64,000 nt of DNA from Clostridiales bacterium DTU089 (lineage in GTDB: Bacteria; Bacillota; Clostridia; Oscillospirales; Acutalibacteraceae): positions 33,900 to 97,899 of the forward strand of contig LFSB01000010.1 of NCBI GenBank assembly GCA_001513045.1, written 5' to 3'. The notes under the pieces are model-generated. The model ran no database searches. It was not told the DNA's origin and worked only from the letters and a program-made list of their open reading frames with translations. Made by a program: the position numbers and the translations under genes. Shown here piece by piece: positions 28,066-37,166 of the stretch; position 1 is the first letter of the stretch; each line of letters starts with the position of its first letter.

Positions 28066-29167
28066 TTGTTACAAGATTCCTTTCCGCATTCACCAAAAAG
28101 TCCTGTATGTTGGTGACTATGCCGTTTACGCTCAGTGAGCCTCTGTCGTGAAGCTTGTTGACAGCAAATTCGGAGATGTCGACCGAGTAGAAGAATACCG
28201 GACGGATTTCGCCGTTGACAAGCTGATATGACGGTGTCATGTTGCCTGTGGCAATCGTATGCAGCTGTGTGGCAAGTGCGATGACTGTGGTTGCCTTGCG
28301 GGTATGTGCGCGCATTGCGTCCTGTGACTCATATACATTCGCAATCACGCCCGGCAAAGGTCCGTCGTCACGAATGGAGCCGGCAAGCACAAACGGAACA
28401 TCGTTTTTAACCAGAGCGCTTATAACGCCTGTGTCGAGCTTCTTTTGCTTTACAAACTCAGGCAGGGAGCCTGCGGCGCGCGCAAGATTTATTGTGTGAA
28501 GATGGTTGTAATGCCCGTTTTTCATGAGCTTTTTTGTGTATATATCCTGACCGAGCCCGGTGTTGAATATCGCCGCCTCAAGGTCATGTGTTGCAAGAGC
28601 GTTTCCTGCAAACAGTGCGTCACAGTAGCCGTTGTTGATGAGGTTTGCCATCGCACGGCGGCTGTCATGGTCGAACACGCACGCGGGGCCGAGCACCCAC
28701 ACTATGTAGCCGTTGTCGCGGTCATGACGGAGAATGTCATAGAGCCGGTCGTAATCCCTTGAATATGATGATTCTCTCGACTTTCCGGTGCGGAAGGCGA
28801 ACGCGGCGCCCGAGCCGTCCTCTTCGTCGTCTTCCTCCTCTGCGGGCTCTGAAAACGGGTCGGAGTGAACATAGATTCCGGCAGTTCCGTCGTCGGTGCG
28901 GTTGATTACAACCTGCTCGCCTTTTTTTATGTTGCGAGGCTCGATTACGCAGGGGACACCGTCGCGTATTACTACGCATGAGTCCATGCGGCTTTCGGTA
29001 ATCATTTTCCACTCGCCGTTGATTTTGAAGTATTCGGGGAATATGGTGGTTGCGTAAAAATCAAACGGAAGCCAGCCGTCGTCCGCCGGAGCGGTGCTGA
29101 CATCGGGCGAGCTCAGGTAGGGTTCACGGTTGAAATCCGGTTTGTTAAAAACGGGCATCCTGAACAT
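28058..29167 (-). CDS. LOR/SDH-like (TIGR00300-type) protein, possible ornithine cyclodeaminase
   Basis: 369 aa. The C-terminal half (VLGPACVFDHDSR...NNGYCDALFAGNALATHDLE...GHYNHL...VLAGSIRDDGPLPGV) resembles the archaeal-type ornithine cyclodeaminase/LOR family, from memory. GGGAGG SD. Confidence 0.5.
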   Translation of the reverse strand: MFRMPVFNKPDFNREPYLSSPDVSTAPADDGWLPFDFYATTIFPEYFKINGEWKMITESRMDSCVVIRDGVPCVIEPRNIKKGEQVVINRTDDGTAGIYVHSDPFSEPAEEEDDEEDGSGAAFAFRTGKSRESSYSRDYDRLYDILRHDRDNGYIVWVLGPACVFDHDSRRAMANLINNGYCDALFAGNALATHDLEAAIFNTGLGQDIYTKKLMKNGHYNHLHTINLARAAGSLPEFVKQKKLDTGVISALVKNDVPFVLAGSIRDDGPLPGVIANVYESQDAMRAHTRKATTVIALATQLHTIATGNMTPSYQLVNGEIRPVFFYSVDISEFAVNKLHDRGSLSVNGIVTNIQDFLVNAERNLVTNE

Positions 29168-29206
29168 TTAAAATCCTCCCTTTTAGCAACATATTATAAC
29201 CAATAA

Positions 29207-29236
29207 ATTATAACATACAGGATTACATAATAACAA
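29207..29236 (-). promoter_or_regulatory. Candidate sigma-A promoter for the 10-gene minus-strand array
   Basis: On the minus strand: TTGTTA, 18-nt spacer, TATAAT preceded by TGT (extended -10), about 35 nt upstream of the start at 29167. Confidence 0.45.
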
Positions 29237-29329
29237 GTGGAAAAAAGGTAAAAAATGACGAAAATCCGAGTCCGTTCCGTGCATTTTATAAGCAACCTGA
29301 CTTTTTGTGCGACACGGCAATGACTTTTC

Positions 29330-29358
29330 TTGACGCGGAAAGCAAAAAATGATATGCT
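29330..29358 (+). promoter_or_regulatory. Candidate sigma-A promoter for ydbS/ydbT-like pair
   Basis: TTGACG, 17-nt spacer, TATGCT with an upstream TGA (extended -10). Confidence 0.45.
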
Positions 29359-29385
29359 AAAGAGCAACGGAAAGGGGGTTTTGTA

Positions 29386-29862
29386 ATGGAATATCAAGGC
29401 TTGTCAAAAAAAGCGCTCTCTGTTTTGCGCGTAAATGCGGTGATAGGGGTTGCGTTCTTTGTGCTGGGTGCGGCAGTTGCGTCCGTGCTGCTGTTTACAG
29501 GCGGCTTTAAGCTCGCCGCGGTGCTTGTCGCCGCCGCGGTGCTCATACTCGCTGTGCTTTATGTCGCAATTGTTCCGGCGTTTCGCTTCAAAAGATACAA
29601 ATACCTCATATCCGATGACCGTGTGGAAATAATCGAGGGTATTTTATTTGTAAACAGAACGATTGTACCCATCGACAGAATTCATCAGATAGACATAGCC
29701 CGCGGTCCGATAGATACCGCCTTCGGAGTCGGCAAGGTGATAGTTACAACGGCAGGCTCGGTTGCCAGACTCAGATTTCTTGAGCTTGACAAGGCGCAGG
29801 AAATAGCCGAGCAGCTCAACACCGTTGTCGGGCTCAAGATACGAGGAGGCGAAAATAAGTAA
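29386..29862 (+). CDS. Membrane-flanked bacterial PH-domain protein (YdbS-like)
   Basis: Two N-terminal TM spans, then the bPH_2-type block YLISDDRVEIIEGILFVNRTIVPIDRIHQIDIARGPIDTAFGV. Confidence 0.7.
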   Translation: MEYQGLSKKALSVLRVNAVIGVAFFVLGAAVASVLLFTGGFKLAAVLVAAAVLILAVLYVAIVPAFRFKRYKYLISDDRVEIIEGILFVNRTIVPIDRIHQIDIARGPIDTAFGVGKVIVTTAGSVARLRFLELDKAQEIAEQLNTVVGLKIRGGENK

Positions 29863-31380
29863 ATGTTTTCAACTCCCTCAAGAAATCATCCTTCAATAGT
29901 TATTGAAAGGCTGTTTTCGGTCATTTTCATTCTGTTAATCGTAGCCGCGCAGGGTATGACAGAAAGTGCCGAAAGCTTTTTGCTCATATTTTCCGCCGAA
30001 TTCTGGCGCGACATGTTTTCGCAGCTTGCGTCCGGAAGATTTGAGGTTCTGCTCTCCGGCGCCGGTGTGCTGCTGTTGCTTGTGATTATACTTTTCTTTG
30101 CCTTCCGTGTGTGGAGCAAAACGTTTTTTTACATTGACGACCTCAATTTGGTTGTGGAACGAAAGACGATTTTCAAAAAGCTTTCGCGTCTTCCGGTGGC
30201 AGGTATTGCCAACATAAATATCGAGCAGAACATACTTGAACGTATACTCGGTACCGCAAAGGTCAAAATTGATATCAACTCGTCTGTCACTGCAAATCAG
30301 ACCGATTTCATTTTTGTTCTGAGGCAGGTTCAGGCGCAGGATTTCAAGCAGGCATTGCTTTCGGCTAAGCAGGGCGTGTCCGGTGAGGACATAGTGCTTG
30401 CACAGCAGCATGAGCAGGAGCGCGAGACAGTAATTTCGTTCTCCTTTATTGATGCCGTACGCCATAAGCTGCTGAATTTGCCCGCGGCGCAGATAATTTC
30501 GGCTGCACTGCTTTTGCTTCCGGCATTTATCGAAAAATTTATACCTGACGAAGCGGTTGCCGAAGCTCAGACAGCACTTGAAGCGCAGCCGGCGGGCGAG
30601 GGGAGCGTGTTGGCATTTGTTGCTTTCCTGGCATTTGCCTATGTGGCTTCGTTTGTGTACGGGGTGCTCAATATATCGAATTATAAGCTTGAGCGAGACG
30701 GCAGAAATTTTTACATAAGCTGTGGATTGCTGAAAAAATCAAACTTTACATTTGAGCATAATAAAATAAATGCCGTGATAGTCAAGCAGAGCCTGCTTGC
30801 GCGCATCTTCGGGTATTACTATGTCGAGATAGCCGTCATAGGTCTGGGCAATGAGCAAAAGGAGAGTCCGCAGCTGTGCCTTTATACCGATAAGGCATCA
30901 GCCGACAGAGTGCTTGCAACCTGTGCACCGGATTTTTCGTGCAAAGGCGAGCGCATAGGCTGTGAAAAGCCCATGCTTGTGTCTTACCTTGTCTGTGTTT
31001 TTCTGATAACACTTCCGGCGCTTGCGTGCATTCCTCTGTTCAGCTTCGGTTTTGTCGTGCCCATTGCGGTGCTTGTAATCGGGGCGGTTGCTGCCGTGCT
31101 TTCATACAAAAACAAGTCAATAGCCTATGATGAGGATGTTTTCGGATATTCCTCCGGCGTGTTTTCCAAGAAAAGGGTATGTATCAAATACGGTGATATA
31201 CAGCTTGCCCGTGCGCATACAAATTTCTTTTACAAGAGGTATGACGTGCAAAGAATATGTGTCAATATTCTTTCCTCGCTCCAGCTTACCTCCCACAAGA
31301 CGGGCTGCTTTAAAACCGAGCATTATGAAAATGTCGCCTCGCGTGTGGTTGCGGCGGCAGACACCTCGGACAGATTGTAA
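29863..31380 (+). CDS. Triple PH-domain membrane protein (YdbT-like)
   Basis: 505 aa with alternating TM pairs and PH-like modules. It starts directly after the ydbS-like stop. Confidence 0.65.
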   Translation: MFSTPSRNHPSIVIERLFSVIFILLIVAAQGMTESAESFLLIFSAEFWRDMFSQLASGRFEVLLSGAGVLLLLVIILFFAFRVWSKTFFYIDDLNLVVERKTIFKKLSRLPVAGIANINIEQNILERILGTAKVKIDINSSVTANQTDFIFVLRQVQAQDFKQALLSAKQGVSGEDIVLAQQHEQERETVISFSFIDAVRHKLLNLPAAQIISAALLLLPAFIEKFIPDEAVAEAQTALEAQPAGEGSVLAFVAFLAFAYVASFVYGVLNISNYKLERDGRNFYISCGLLKKSNFTFEHNKINAVIVKQSLLARIFGYYYVEIAVIGLGNEQKESPQLCLYTDKASADRVLATCAPDFSCKGERIGCEKPMLVSYLVCVFLITLPALACIPLFSFGFVVPIAVLVIGAVAAVLSYKNKSIAYDEDVFGYSSGVFSKKRVCIKYGDIQLARAHTNFFYKRYDVQRICVNILSSLQLTSHKTGCFKTEHYENVASRVVAAADTSDRL

Positions 31381-31402
31381 TTTTTTCGGAAGGATGATAT
31401 AA

Positions 31403-32650
31403 ATGGCGGTATTCAAACCCTTCAAGGCTTTGCGTCCGGTTGCCCGGTATGCTTCACAGGTTGCCGCGCTGCCGTATGATGTTATGAACAGCGAGGAAGC
31501 CCGTGTTATGGCGGAGGGTAAGCCCTACTCCTTTTTGCATGTTGACAAGGCGGAGATTGACCTGCCCGCCGGCACGGATTTGTACTCCGATGCCGTATAT
31601 GAGAAGGCTGCGGAAAATCTCAAAAGGCTTGAGACGGACGGCGTGTGCAAGTCCGATGCAAAGCCCTGCTTCTATATTTACAGACAGATTATGAACTCAA
31701 GGGCGCAGACCGGTCTTGTCGGCTGCGCAAGTGTCGATGATTACATAGGGAATGTGATAAAAAAGCATGAGCTTACGCGTGCGGATAAGGAGGCTGACCG
31801 TATCCGCCATGTCGATGAGTGTGATGCGAACACGGGTCCCATTTTCCTTTGCTACCGCTCGGAAAAGGTGATACACGATGCCATGGAGAGCTGGCAGAAG
31901 CAGCATGCGCCGGTTTATGATTTTACAACCGATGACGGCGTGGAGCATACCGTATGGGTAATAGATGATGACGCGCTCAACGCCTCGCTTTGCGAGCGCT
32001 TTGAAAAGGTGGACAGCTTCTATATAGCGGACGGACATCATCGTGCGGCTTCCGCGGTAAAGGTTGCGGGCAAGCGCCGTGAGCAGAAACCGGATTATGA
32101 CGGCACCGAGGAATTTAATTTTTTCCTCGCTGTGCTGTTTGAGAGCGATTGTCTTGCAATAATGGACTACAACCGCGTAATTGCGGATTTGAACGGAATG
32201 TCCGAAGCGCAGTTTTTACAGAAAATTTCGGAAAAATTCGAGGTTGAGCGCTATGCCGGAGAGGGTCAATGCAGACCCGAAAAGGCGCACAGCTTCGGAA
32301 TGCTGTTGGGTAGGAGCTGGTATCTTATTACCGCCAAGGACGGCACATATCCGCAGGGCGACCCGGTTGAAAGCCTTGATGTGTCAATACTTCAGAACAA
32401 CCTGATTTCACCTGTGCTCGGCATAGCCGACCCAAGAACCGATAAGCGCATTGACTTCGTCGGAGGTATCAGAGGACTCGGAGAGCTTGAAAAACGCGTG
32501 AACGGCGGAATGGCGCTTGCGTTCTCAATGTATCCGACCACTCTTGACGAGCTTATGGCTATTGCGGATGCCAGAAAGGTCATGCCGCCCAAGTCAACAT
32601 GGTTTGAGCCTAAGCTGCTGAGCGGACTTTTTATCCACAAGCTGAAATAA
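31403..32650 (+). CDS. DUF1015 family protein
   Basis: MAVFKPFKALRP...AALPYDVMNSEEAR and the ADGHHR block match DUF1015 as I recall it. Confidence 0.75.
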   Translation: MAVFKPFKALRPVARYASQVAALPYDVMNSEEARVMAEGKPYSFLHVDKAEIDLPAGTDLYSDAVYEKAAENLKRLETDGVCKSDAKPCFYIYRQIMNSRAQTGLVGCASVDDYIGNVIKKHELTRADKEADRIRHVDECDANTGPIFLCYRSEKVIHDAMESWQKQHAPVYDFTTDDGVEHTVWVIDDDALNASLCERFEKVDSFYIADGHHRAASAVKVAGKRREQKPDYDGTEEFNFFLAVLFESDCLAIMDYNRVIADLNGMSEAQFLQKISEKFEVERYAGEGQCRPEKAHSFGMLLGRSWYLITAKDGTYPQGDPVESLDVSILQNNLISPVLGIADPRTDKRIDFVGGIRGLGELEKRVNGGMALAFSMYPTTLDELMAIADARKVMPPKSTWFEPKLLSGLFIHKLK

Positions 32651-32674
32651 AGCAAAAAGAAATCAAAAAAAATC

Positions 32675-32703
32675 TTGCAATTCTGCGCAAAGCATGTTAA
32701 TAT
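32675..32703 (+). promoter_or_regulatory. Sigma-A promoter for rpsT
   Basis: TTGCAA, 17-nt spacer, TAATAT. Confidence 0.5.
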
Positions 32704-32738
32704 ATCAAACTGTATGACGAGCAAAAGGAGGTGGGATC

Positions 32739-33002
32739 ATGCCCAATATCAAGTCAGCGAAAAAGCGCGTTATAGTCAACAAGACCAAGACGGACCGCAA
32801 TAAGTCAAGGAATTCCGCACTTAAAACAGCTCTCAAGAAGGCGAACGCCGCTATCGACAACGGTGCAGCCGATAAGGAGGCAGTCGTTACTGCAGCAGTC
32901 AAGAAGATTGACCAGGCCGCAGCAAAGGGACTCATCCACAAGAACAACGCCGCCCACAAGAAGTCGGCTATTGTTTCAAAGCTTAACAATTCCAAAGCTT
33001 AA
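32739..33002 (+). CDS. rpsT: 30S ribosomal protein S20
   Basis: MPNIKSAKKRVIVNKTKTDRNKSRNSALKT. 87 aa with an AGGAGGTG SD. Confidence 0.95.
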   Translation: MPNIKSAKKRVIVNKTKTDRNKSRNSALKTALKKANAAIDNGAADKEAVVTAAVKKIDQAAAKGLIHKNNAAHKKSAIVSKLNNSKA

Positions 33003-33025
33003 TAAGCGGATAATTGTGATTATCT

Positions 33026-33060
33026 GCCCTGCCCGTTGTGAGCAGGGCTTTAGTCATTTT
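33026..33060 (+). terminator. Intrinsic terminator after rpsT
   Basis: GCCCTGC...GCAGGGC stem followed by a T-rich tract. Confidence 0.5.
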
Positions 33061-33074
33061 TGTCTGCTTTTTTC

Positions 33075-33102
33075 TTGACATTTTGCAGTGAGGTAATATA
33101 AT
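33075..33102 (+). promoter_or_regulatory. Sigma-A promoter upstream of leader L1/nagB-like
   Basis: TTGACA, 16-nt spacer, TATAAT. Confidence 0.55.
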
Positions 33103-33111
33103 GTACCTAAC

Positions 33112-33251
33112 AAAGCCCGGAAGGAAAAGTTTGAAGGATAAATCTTTCAAACTTCAAATTTGTGTCCTGACGGTCAGCGGCCGTCATTTCATAACGAAGC
33201 AGGGCTTCGTTTGCCGAATACCGCCGCAAAGTTTGCGGTTCGGCGGAAAGG
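33112..33251 (+). repeat. Multi-hairpin leader repeat L1 (5' UTR of nagB-like gene)
   Basis: About 140 nt, near-identical to the reverse complement of 35755-35901. Hairpins: GTTTGAAGG..CTTTCAAAC, TGACGGTC..GGCCGTCA, ACGAAGC-AGG-GCTTCGT, CCGCCG..CGGCGG. Confidence 0.85.
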
Positions 33252-33264
33252 TGTGGTTATAAAC

Positions 33265-33987
33265 ATGAAGCTGATTATTTCGGATACCTCAAAGGCTCTT
33301 GCGGTTGCCGCGGCGGCTGATATTGCTGCAGCCCTCAATGCGGCCGTGAGTAAGTCCGGCAGTGCAAGAATGGTGCTTTCCACAGGTGCCTCGCAGCTGG
33401 AAATGTTCGAGGAGCTTATAAAGGCTCCGGTGGATTGGAGCTGCGTTGAGATGTTCCATCTTGACGAGTACATAGGCATTCCCGAAACTCATCCCGCGTC
33501 CTTCCGCAAATATTTAAAGGAGCGCTTTGCCTCTAAGGTTCCGCTGAAGGCGGCGTACTTTGTAGACGGCACTCCGGAGGGCATTCGCACAATATCCGAA
33601 AAGCTGTGTGAGCGTGAGGTCGATTTGGGAGTTATAGGCATCGGCGAAAACGGGCATATAGCCTTCAATGATCCTCCGGCGGATTTTGAAACGAAGGACG
33701 CATACATAGTAGTGAATCTCGATGAACGCTGCCGCCGTCAGCAGGTAGGCGAGGGCTGGTTTAACGGTCTTGAGGATGTTCCTAAGCAGGCGGTTTCAAT
33801 GACGCCCTATCGCATAATGCAATGCAAAAAAATCATATCCGTCGTGCCGTACGCCGTTAAGGCGGAGGCTGTGCTCAACACCCTTGAAAATGACGTTACG
33901 CCCGATATTCCCGCAACACTTATGAAGACACATCCGGACTGGACGCTCTATATCGACCGCGACTCGGCTTCACTTCTGAAAAAATAA
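33265..33987 (+). CDS. nagB: Glucosamine-6-phosphate deaminase family protein (NagB-like)
   Basis: MKLIIS..., FHLDEYIGI, GIGENGHIAFNDPP blocks. The ATG at 33265 is preferred because the ORF-track extension is a translated leader. Confidence 0.75.
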   Translation: MKLIISDTSKALAVAAAADIAAALNAAVSKSGSARMVLSTGASQLEMFEELIKAPVDWSCVEMFHLDEYIGIPETHPASFRKYLKERFASKVPLKAAYFVDGTPEGIRTISEKLCEREVDLGVIGIGENGHIAFNDPPADFETKDAYIVVNLDERCRRQQVGEGWFNGLEDVPKQAVSMTPYRIMQCKKIISVVPYAVKAEAVLNTLENDVTPDIPATLMKTHPDWTLYIDRDSASLLKK

Positions 33988-34002
33988 AAACACTATGAGA
34001 AC

Positions 34003-34039
34003 AAAACGGCAGGGGAACTATTGCTCCCGCTGCCGTTTC
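34003..34039. terminator. Bidirectional intrinsic terminator
   Basis: CGGCAGGGGA...TCCCGCTGCCG stem (one bulge) flanked by A- and T-runs, between convergent genes. Confidence 0.5.
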
Positions 34040-34044
34040 GCTTG

Positions 34045-34305
34045 TTACTCTGCGCTCATCGTGCTTGACATATCTGCAATGCCGGTTGAAATATCCGATG
34101 CAATGTCTCCTACAACACCGTTGCCGCTGGTTGAGTTGTCAATTTCCCCGTTTTCCTTTTTCGGAAGCGTAATGTCTCCGTCAGAGGTTGAAGCGGCGGG
34201 TATATTAGTTGTGGTGGTGACCTTCATATCATCCTTGCCGCAGCCGGCAAATACGAAGGCGCACAGCAAAATGAGAACGCAGAGTGCGAATATTGTTTTT
34301 TTCAT
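34045..34305 (-). CDS. Small lipoprotein, hypothetical
   Basis: MKKTIFALCVLILLCAFVFAGCGKD is a signal peptide plus lipobox. GGAGGA SD. The longer ORF-track version has no SD. Confidence 0.6.
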   Translation of the reverse strand: MKKTIFALCVLILLCAFVFAGCGKDDMKVTTTTNIPAASTSDGDITLPKKENGEIDNSTSGNGVVGDIASDISTGIADMSSTMSAE

Positions 34306-34391
34306 ATTTTTCCTCCCGGAAGAATTTACATCATGCGGACGGCGGTATTGCCGCCCTGTTTGAGTATTCCCCGAACAGTGCATTTTATGCG

Positions 34392-35741
34392 CTATTTCGT
34401 CAGGATTCCGCCGTCTGCGTACAGCAGAAGAAGAATTCTTTCCTCGTAGCCGGTGTCGGCGTTTATATAAACGAGCAGCTCCTCGCCGTTTTTGCCGGTG
34501 CAAAGAAACTCAAAGCAGTAAATTTCCGATGCATAGTCGGTGGGAATTATTGCCGTTTTAAAATCAGTGGGAGTGAGATTGGGGCTGAGCGCCATTGCCG
34601 CATCGGGATAGGATATTTTGCTCTCAGGAATCTCTCTCTCGTGATGATTCATAATATATCCACGTGCATCAAACGCAAGTATTTTTCCTGTATCCAGACC
34701 GACCGAAACCTTTATCAGGTCGGTATAGCATACGGTTCCGTCGGAAAGGACGTAGGCAAAGTTTACGGTACATATTCCGTCGGCTGTTGAAAAATAGCTG
34801 TCCTTCATATTTGTATATCCGTGAGTCTCAAGGAATTTTGCCGCGCGTGTAACTGCGTCCGCCTGGGTTATTGATGCCTCTCCGGCATAATCGGAGGAGA
34901 GCATATAGCACACCTCGCCGCCCTGACGGCTTACAGCCACGGTTAAAGTGTCGGTGTAGAATATATATGCCGGAAGATTGCCGTCCTCACCGGTACCCTG
35001 CCGCAGCAGCGATGCGTTTACACCGGAAAAGCCTGCCGCTATTTCAAGGGCCTCGGAATCGCTGATGTTTTCCCTGCCTTCAAGCAGTGAAGGCTTTTTC
35101 TGATTTATATGGTCCGAGAACGGTCCGTCATATATGAGGGTGGGATAGTCCGTAAGCGCCTGCTGGGTGTCGGTTATTTTTGTTCCGAAATAAACAGGCT
35201 CATCGCGTGTGTCCGACAGCAGCATATCGGACGCTTGGGAAAAGCTGAGCGAGCCGTCCGTGCATTCGAGCCGTATCGCGTCTATTCTTTCCGAAAGCTT
35301 GCCCGCGTATGCCGACAGTGCCTCAAGAAGCGCGGTATCCTCGGCGGTCACTTTCGTGCCGTTTGAGGCTTTGGTGTTCAGTGCGGTTGTGAATTCGCCG
35401 ACCTGTGACAGGAATTTATAGATGTTTATCAGCTCATCGGAGCCGGAAGGCAGTGCCGAAAGAGCGCTTTTTGCAGCCGCGGTTTCGCGCCGTATGTCGG
35501 CGGAAAGCTTTGATGTCATCGGCGGAGTGTTTGCATATATTCCCTTTGCAAGGTCTGTTTCGATGTTGTCAAGGTAGCTTCCCAGCTCATTAAGAGAGCG
35601 CTGGAGAGCGGCGTTTTTTTGCCTCTCAAGCACAGTTGCCTTTAAGGTCATTGATGCACCCCATATTGTGAGTACCGCAATCAAGGCGATAATATAAGAT
35701 GTGAGGCGTATTTTTCCTCGTTTTGAAAGTGATTTTTTCAT
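34392..35741 (-). CDS. ypeB: Germination protein YpeB (PepSY-domain protein)
   Basis: N-terminal anchor MKKSLSKRGKIRLTSYIIALIAV, a coiled region (QRSLNELGSYLDNIETDL) and C-terminal PepSY-like repeats. Architecture matches YpeB. The start is placed after leader L2. Confidence 0.7.
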   Translation of the reverse strand: MKKSLSKRGKIRLTSYIIALIAVLTIWGASMTLKATVLERQKNAALQRSLNELGSYLDNIETDLAKGIYANTPPMTSKLSADIRRETAAAKSALSALPSGSDELINIYKFLSQVGEFTTALNTKASNGTKVTAEDTALLEALSAYAGKLSERIDAIRLECTDGSLSFSQASDMLLSDTRDEPVYFGTKITDTQQALTDYPTLIYDGPFSDHINQKKPSLLEGRENISDSEALEIAAGFSGVNASLLRQGTGEDGNLPAYIFYTDTLTVAVSRQGGEVCYMLSSDYAGEASITQADAVTRAAKFLETHGYTNMKDSYFSTADGICTVNFAYVLSDGTVCYTDLIKVSVGLDTGKILAFDARGYIMNHHEREIPESKISYPDAAMALSPNLTPTDFKTAIIPTDYASEIYCFEFLCTGKNGEELLVYINADTGYEERILLLLYADGGILTK

Positions 35742-35754
35742 AGTTACGACCATT

Positions 35755-35901
35755 CCTTTCCGCCGAGCCGCAAACTTTGTGGCGGTATTCGGCAAACGAA
35801 GCCATGCTTCGTTATGAAATGACGGTCATTGACCGTCAAGGCACAAATTTGCCGTTTGAAAGATTTATCTTTTAAACTTTTTTCCTCCGGATTCGGGCTT
35901 T
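35755..35901 (-). repeat. Multi-hairpin leader repeat L2 (5' UTR of ypeB)
   Basis: Inverted copy of L1. It ends 13 nt before the ypeB ATG, exactly as L1 does before the nagB-like ATG. Confidence 0.85.
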
Positions 35902-35976
35902 TTTTCTTTTCGATATCATCGACAATATTTTTGCGGATTTTTTTAAAAATATACACTGTAAAATGCTTCAAATTGT

Positions 35977-36005
35977 TTGCAAAAAAGCTGCTAATATGGT
36001 ATACT
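35977..36005 (+). promoter_or_regulatory. Sigma-A promoter for nifS-thiI operon
   Basis: TTGCAA, 17-nt spacer ending in TGG, TATACT (extended -10). Confidence 0.55.
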
Positions 36006-36030
36006 TTCTCGGATATGGAGTGTATGAGGC

Positions 36031-37164
36031 ATGATGGAAAAAATATATCTTGATAACAGCGCCACAACAGCCCCCTGCGAACAGGCTGTTCGGGCTGCGG
36101 AATATGCAATGACAACCTGCTACGGAAACCCTTCATCGAAGCATCAGCTCGGCACTGATGCTGCCGGATTGGTTTCGGCTGCGCGCAAAAATGTCTCATC
36201 TGTGCTCGGCTGCGCGAGCGAGGAGTTGTTTTTTACGGCATCGGGTACAACGGCGAACAATACCGCGATTTTCGGTGCCTATGAAAAGCTCAGACGCTCC
36301 GGCAACCGGATAGTTACAACCTCGGTTGAGCACGCGAGCGTTGAAGAGCCGCTAAAAAGGCTTGAGGCTGCCGGTGTCGAGGTCATACGTCTGCGTGTCG
36401 GCGCCGATGGTAAAATCGACGAAAACGAGCTTTTCAACGCCGTTACGAAGGACACAATCCTTGTCAGCATCATGGCGGTCAACAACGAGGTCGGCGCAAT
36501 TGAGCCGACCGCCGCGGCAAGACGTGCCGTAAAGCGCTCCGGTTCGCGTGCGCTGGTTCACGTCGATGCGGTTCAGGCATTCGGTAAAATCGATGTGCGT
36601 CCGTCACTCTGCGGCGCGGATATGATAAGCGTAAGCGCACACAAAATCCACGGAATCAAGGGCGTCGGTGCGTTGTATATAAAAAAAGGCACAAACATAA
36701 AGCCCTATGTTCTCGGCGGAGGGCAGGAAAACAATATGTTCTCCGGCACCGAGGCCGTTCCGGCAATAGCCGCCTTCGGTGCAGCCGCACTTGAGTCTGC
36801 AGATGCCGGGCAATCCCTTGAAAGGCTCGCCTCCCTGCGCGACGGCTTTGTTTCAAGGCTTCGTGCCGCGGGCGGATTTGAAATCAATTCCCCCGATGAC
36901 GCGCTACCGTATATAATCAATATTTCCGTTACGGGCTGCCCGTCCGAGCCGGTTATAAATGCGCTCTCGCAGGCAGGAGTTTATATATCCGCAGGCTCGG
37001 CGTGCAAAAAAGGTCACAGAAGCCATGTCCTCACCGCAATGGGAATATCTCCGGAGCGTGCGGACTGCGCCGTCCGGATAAGTCTCAGCAGAAGCACCAC
37101 TCGCGAGGAGCTGGACTTCGCTTTCGATGAGCTTGTAAAAATAAAAGACAGGATAAAAAGATAA
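36031..37164 (+). CDS. Cysteine desulfurase (NifS/IscS class)
   Basis: IYLDNSATT N-terminus, SAHKIHGIKGVGALY PLP-lysine block, GSACKKG active-site Cys loop. Confidence 0.85.
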   Translation: MMEKIYLDNSATTAPCEQAVRAAEYAMTTCYGNPSSKHQLGTDAAGLVSAARKNVSSVLGCASEELFFTASGTTANNTAIFGAYEKLRRSGNRIVTTSVEHASVEEPLKRLEAAGVEVIRLRVGADGKIDENELFNAVTKDTILVSIMAVNNEVGAIEPTAAARRAVKRSGSRALVHVDAVQAFGKIDVRPSLCGADMISVSAHKIHGIKGVGALYIKKGTNIKPYVLGGGQENNMFSGTEAVPAIAAFGAAALESADAGQSLERLASLRDGFVSRLRAAGGFEINSPDDALPYIINISVTGCPSEPVINALSQAGVYISAGSACKKGHRSHVLTAMGISPERADCAVRISLSRSTTREELDFAFDELVKIKDRIKR

Positions 37165-37166
37165 AT

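Noticed and set aside
33160-33264. N-terminal extension of the nagB-like ORF, and the matching extension of ypeB at 35742-35795, sharing the peptide PNTA(A/T)KFA(V/A)RRKG
   Set aside because: The shared peptide arises from translating the repeated non-coding leader L1/L2. Both proteins have canonical N-termini (MKLIIS..., MKKSLSK...) starting 13 nt after the repeat.
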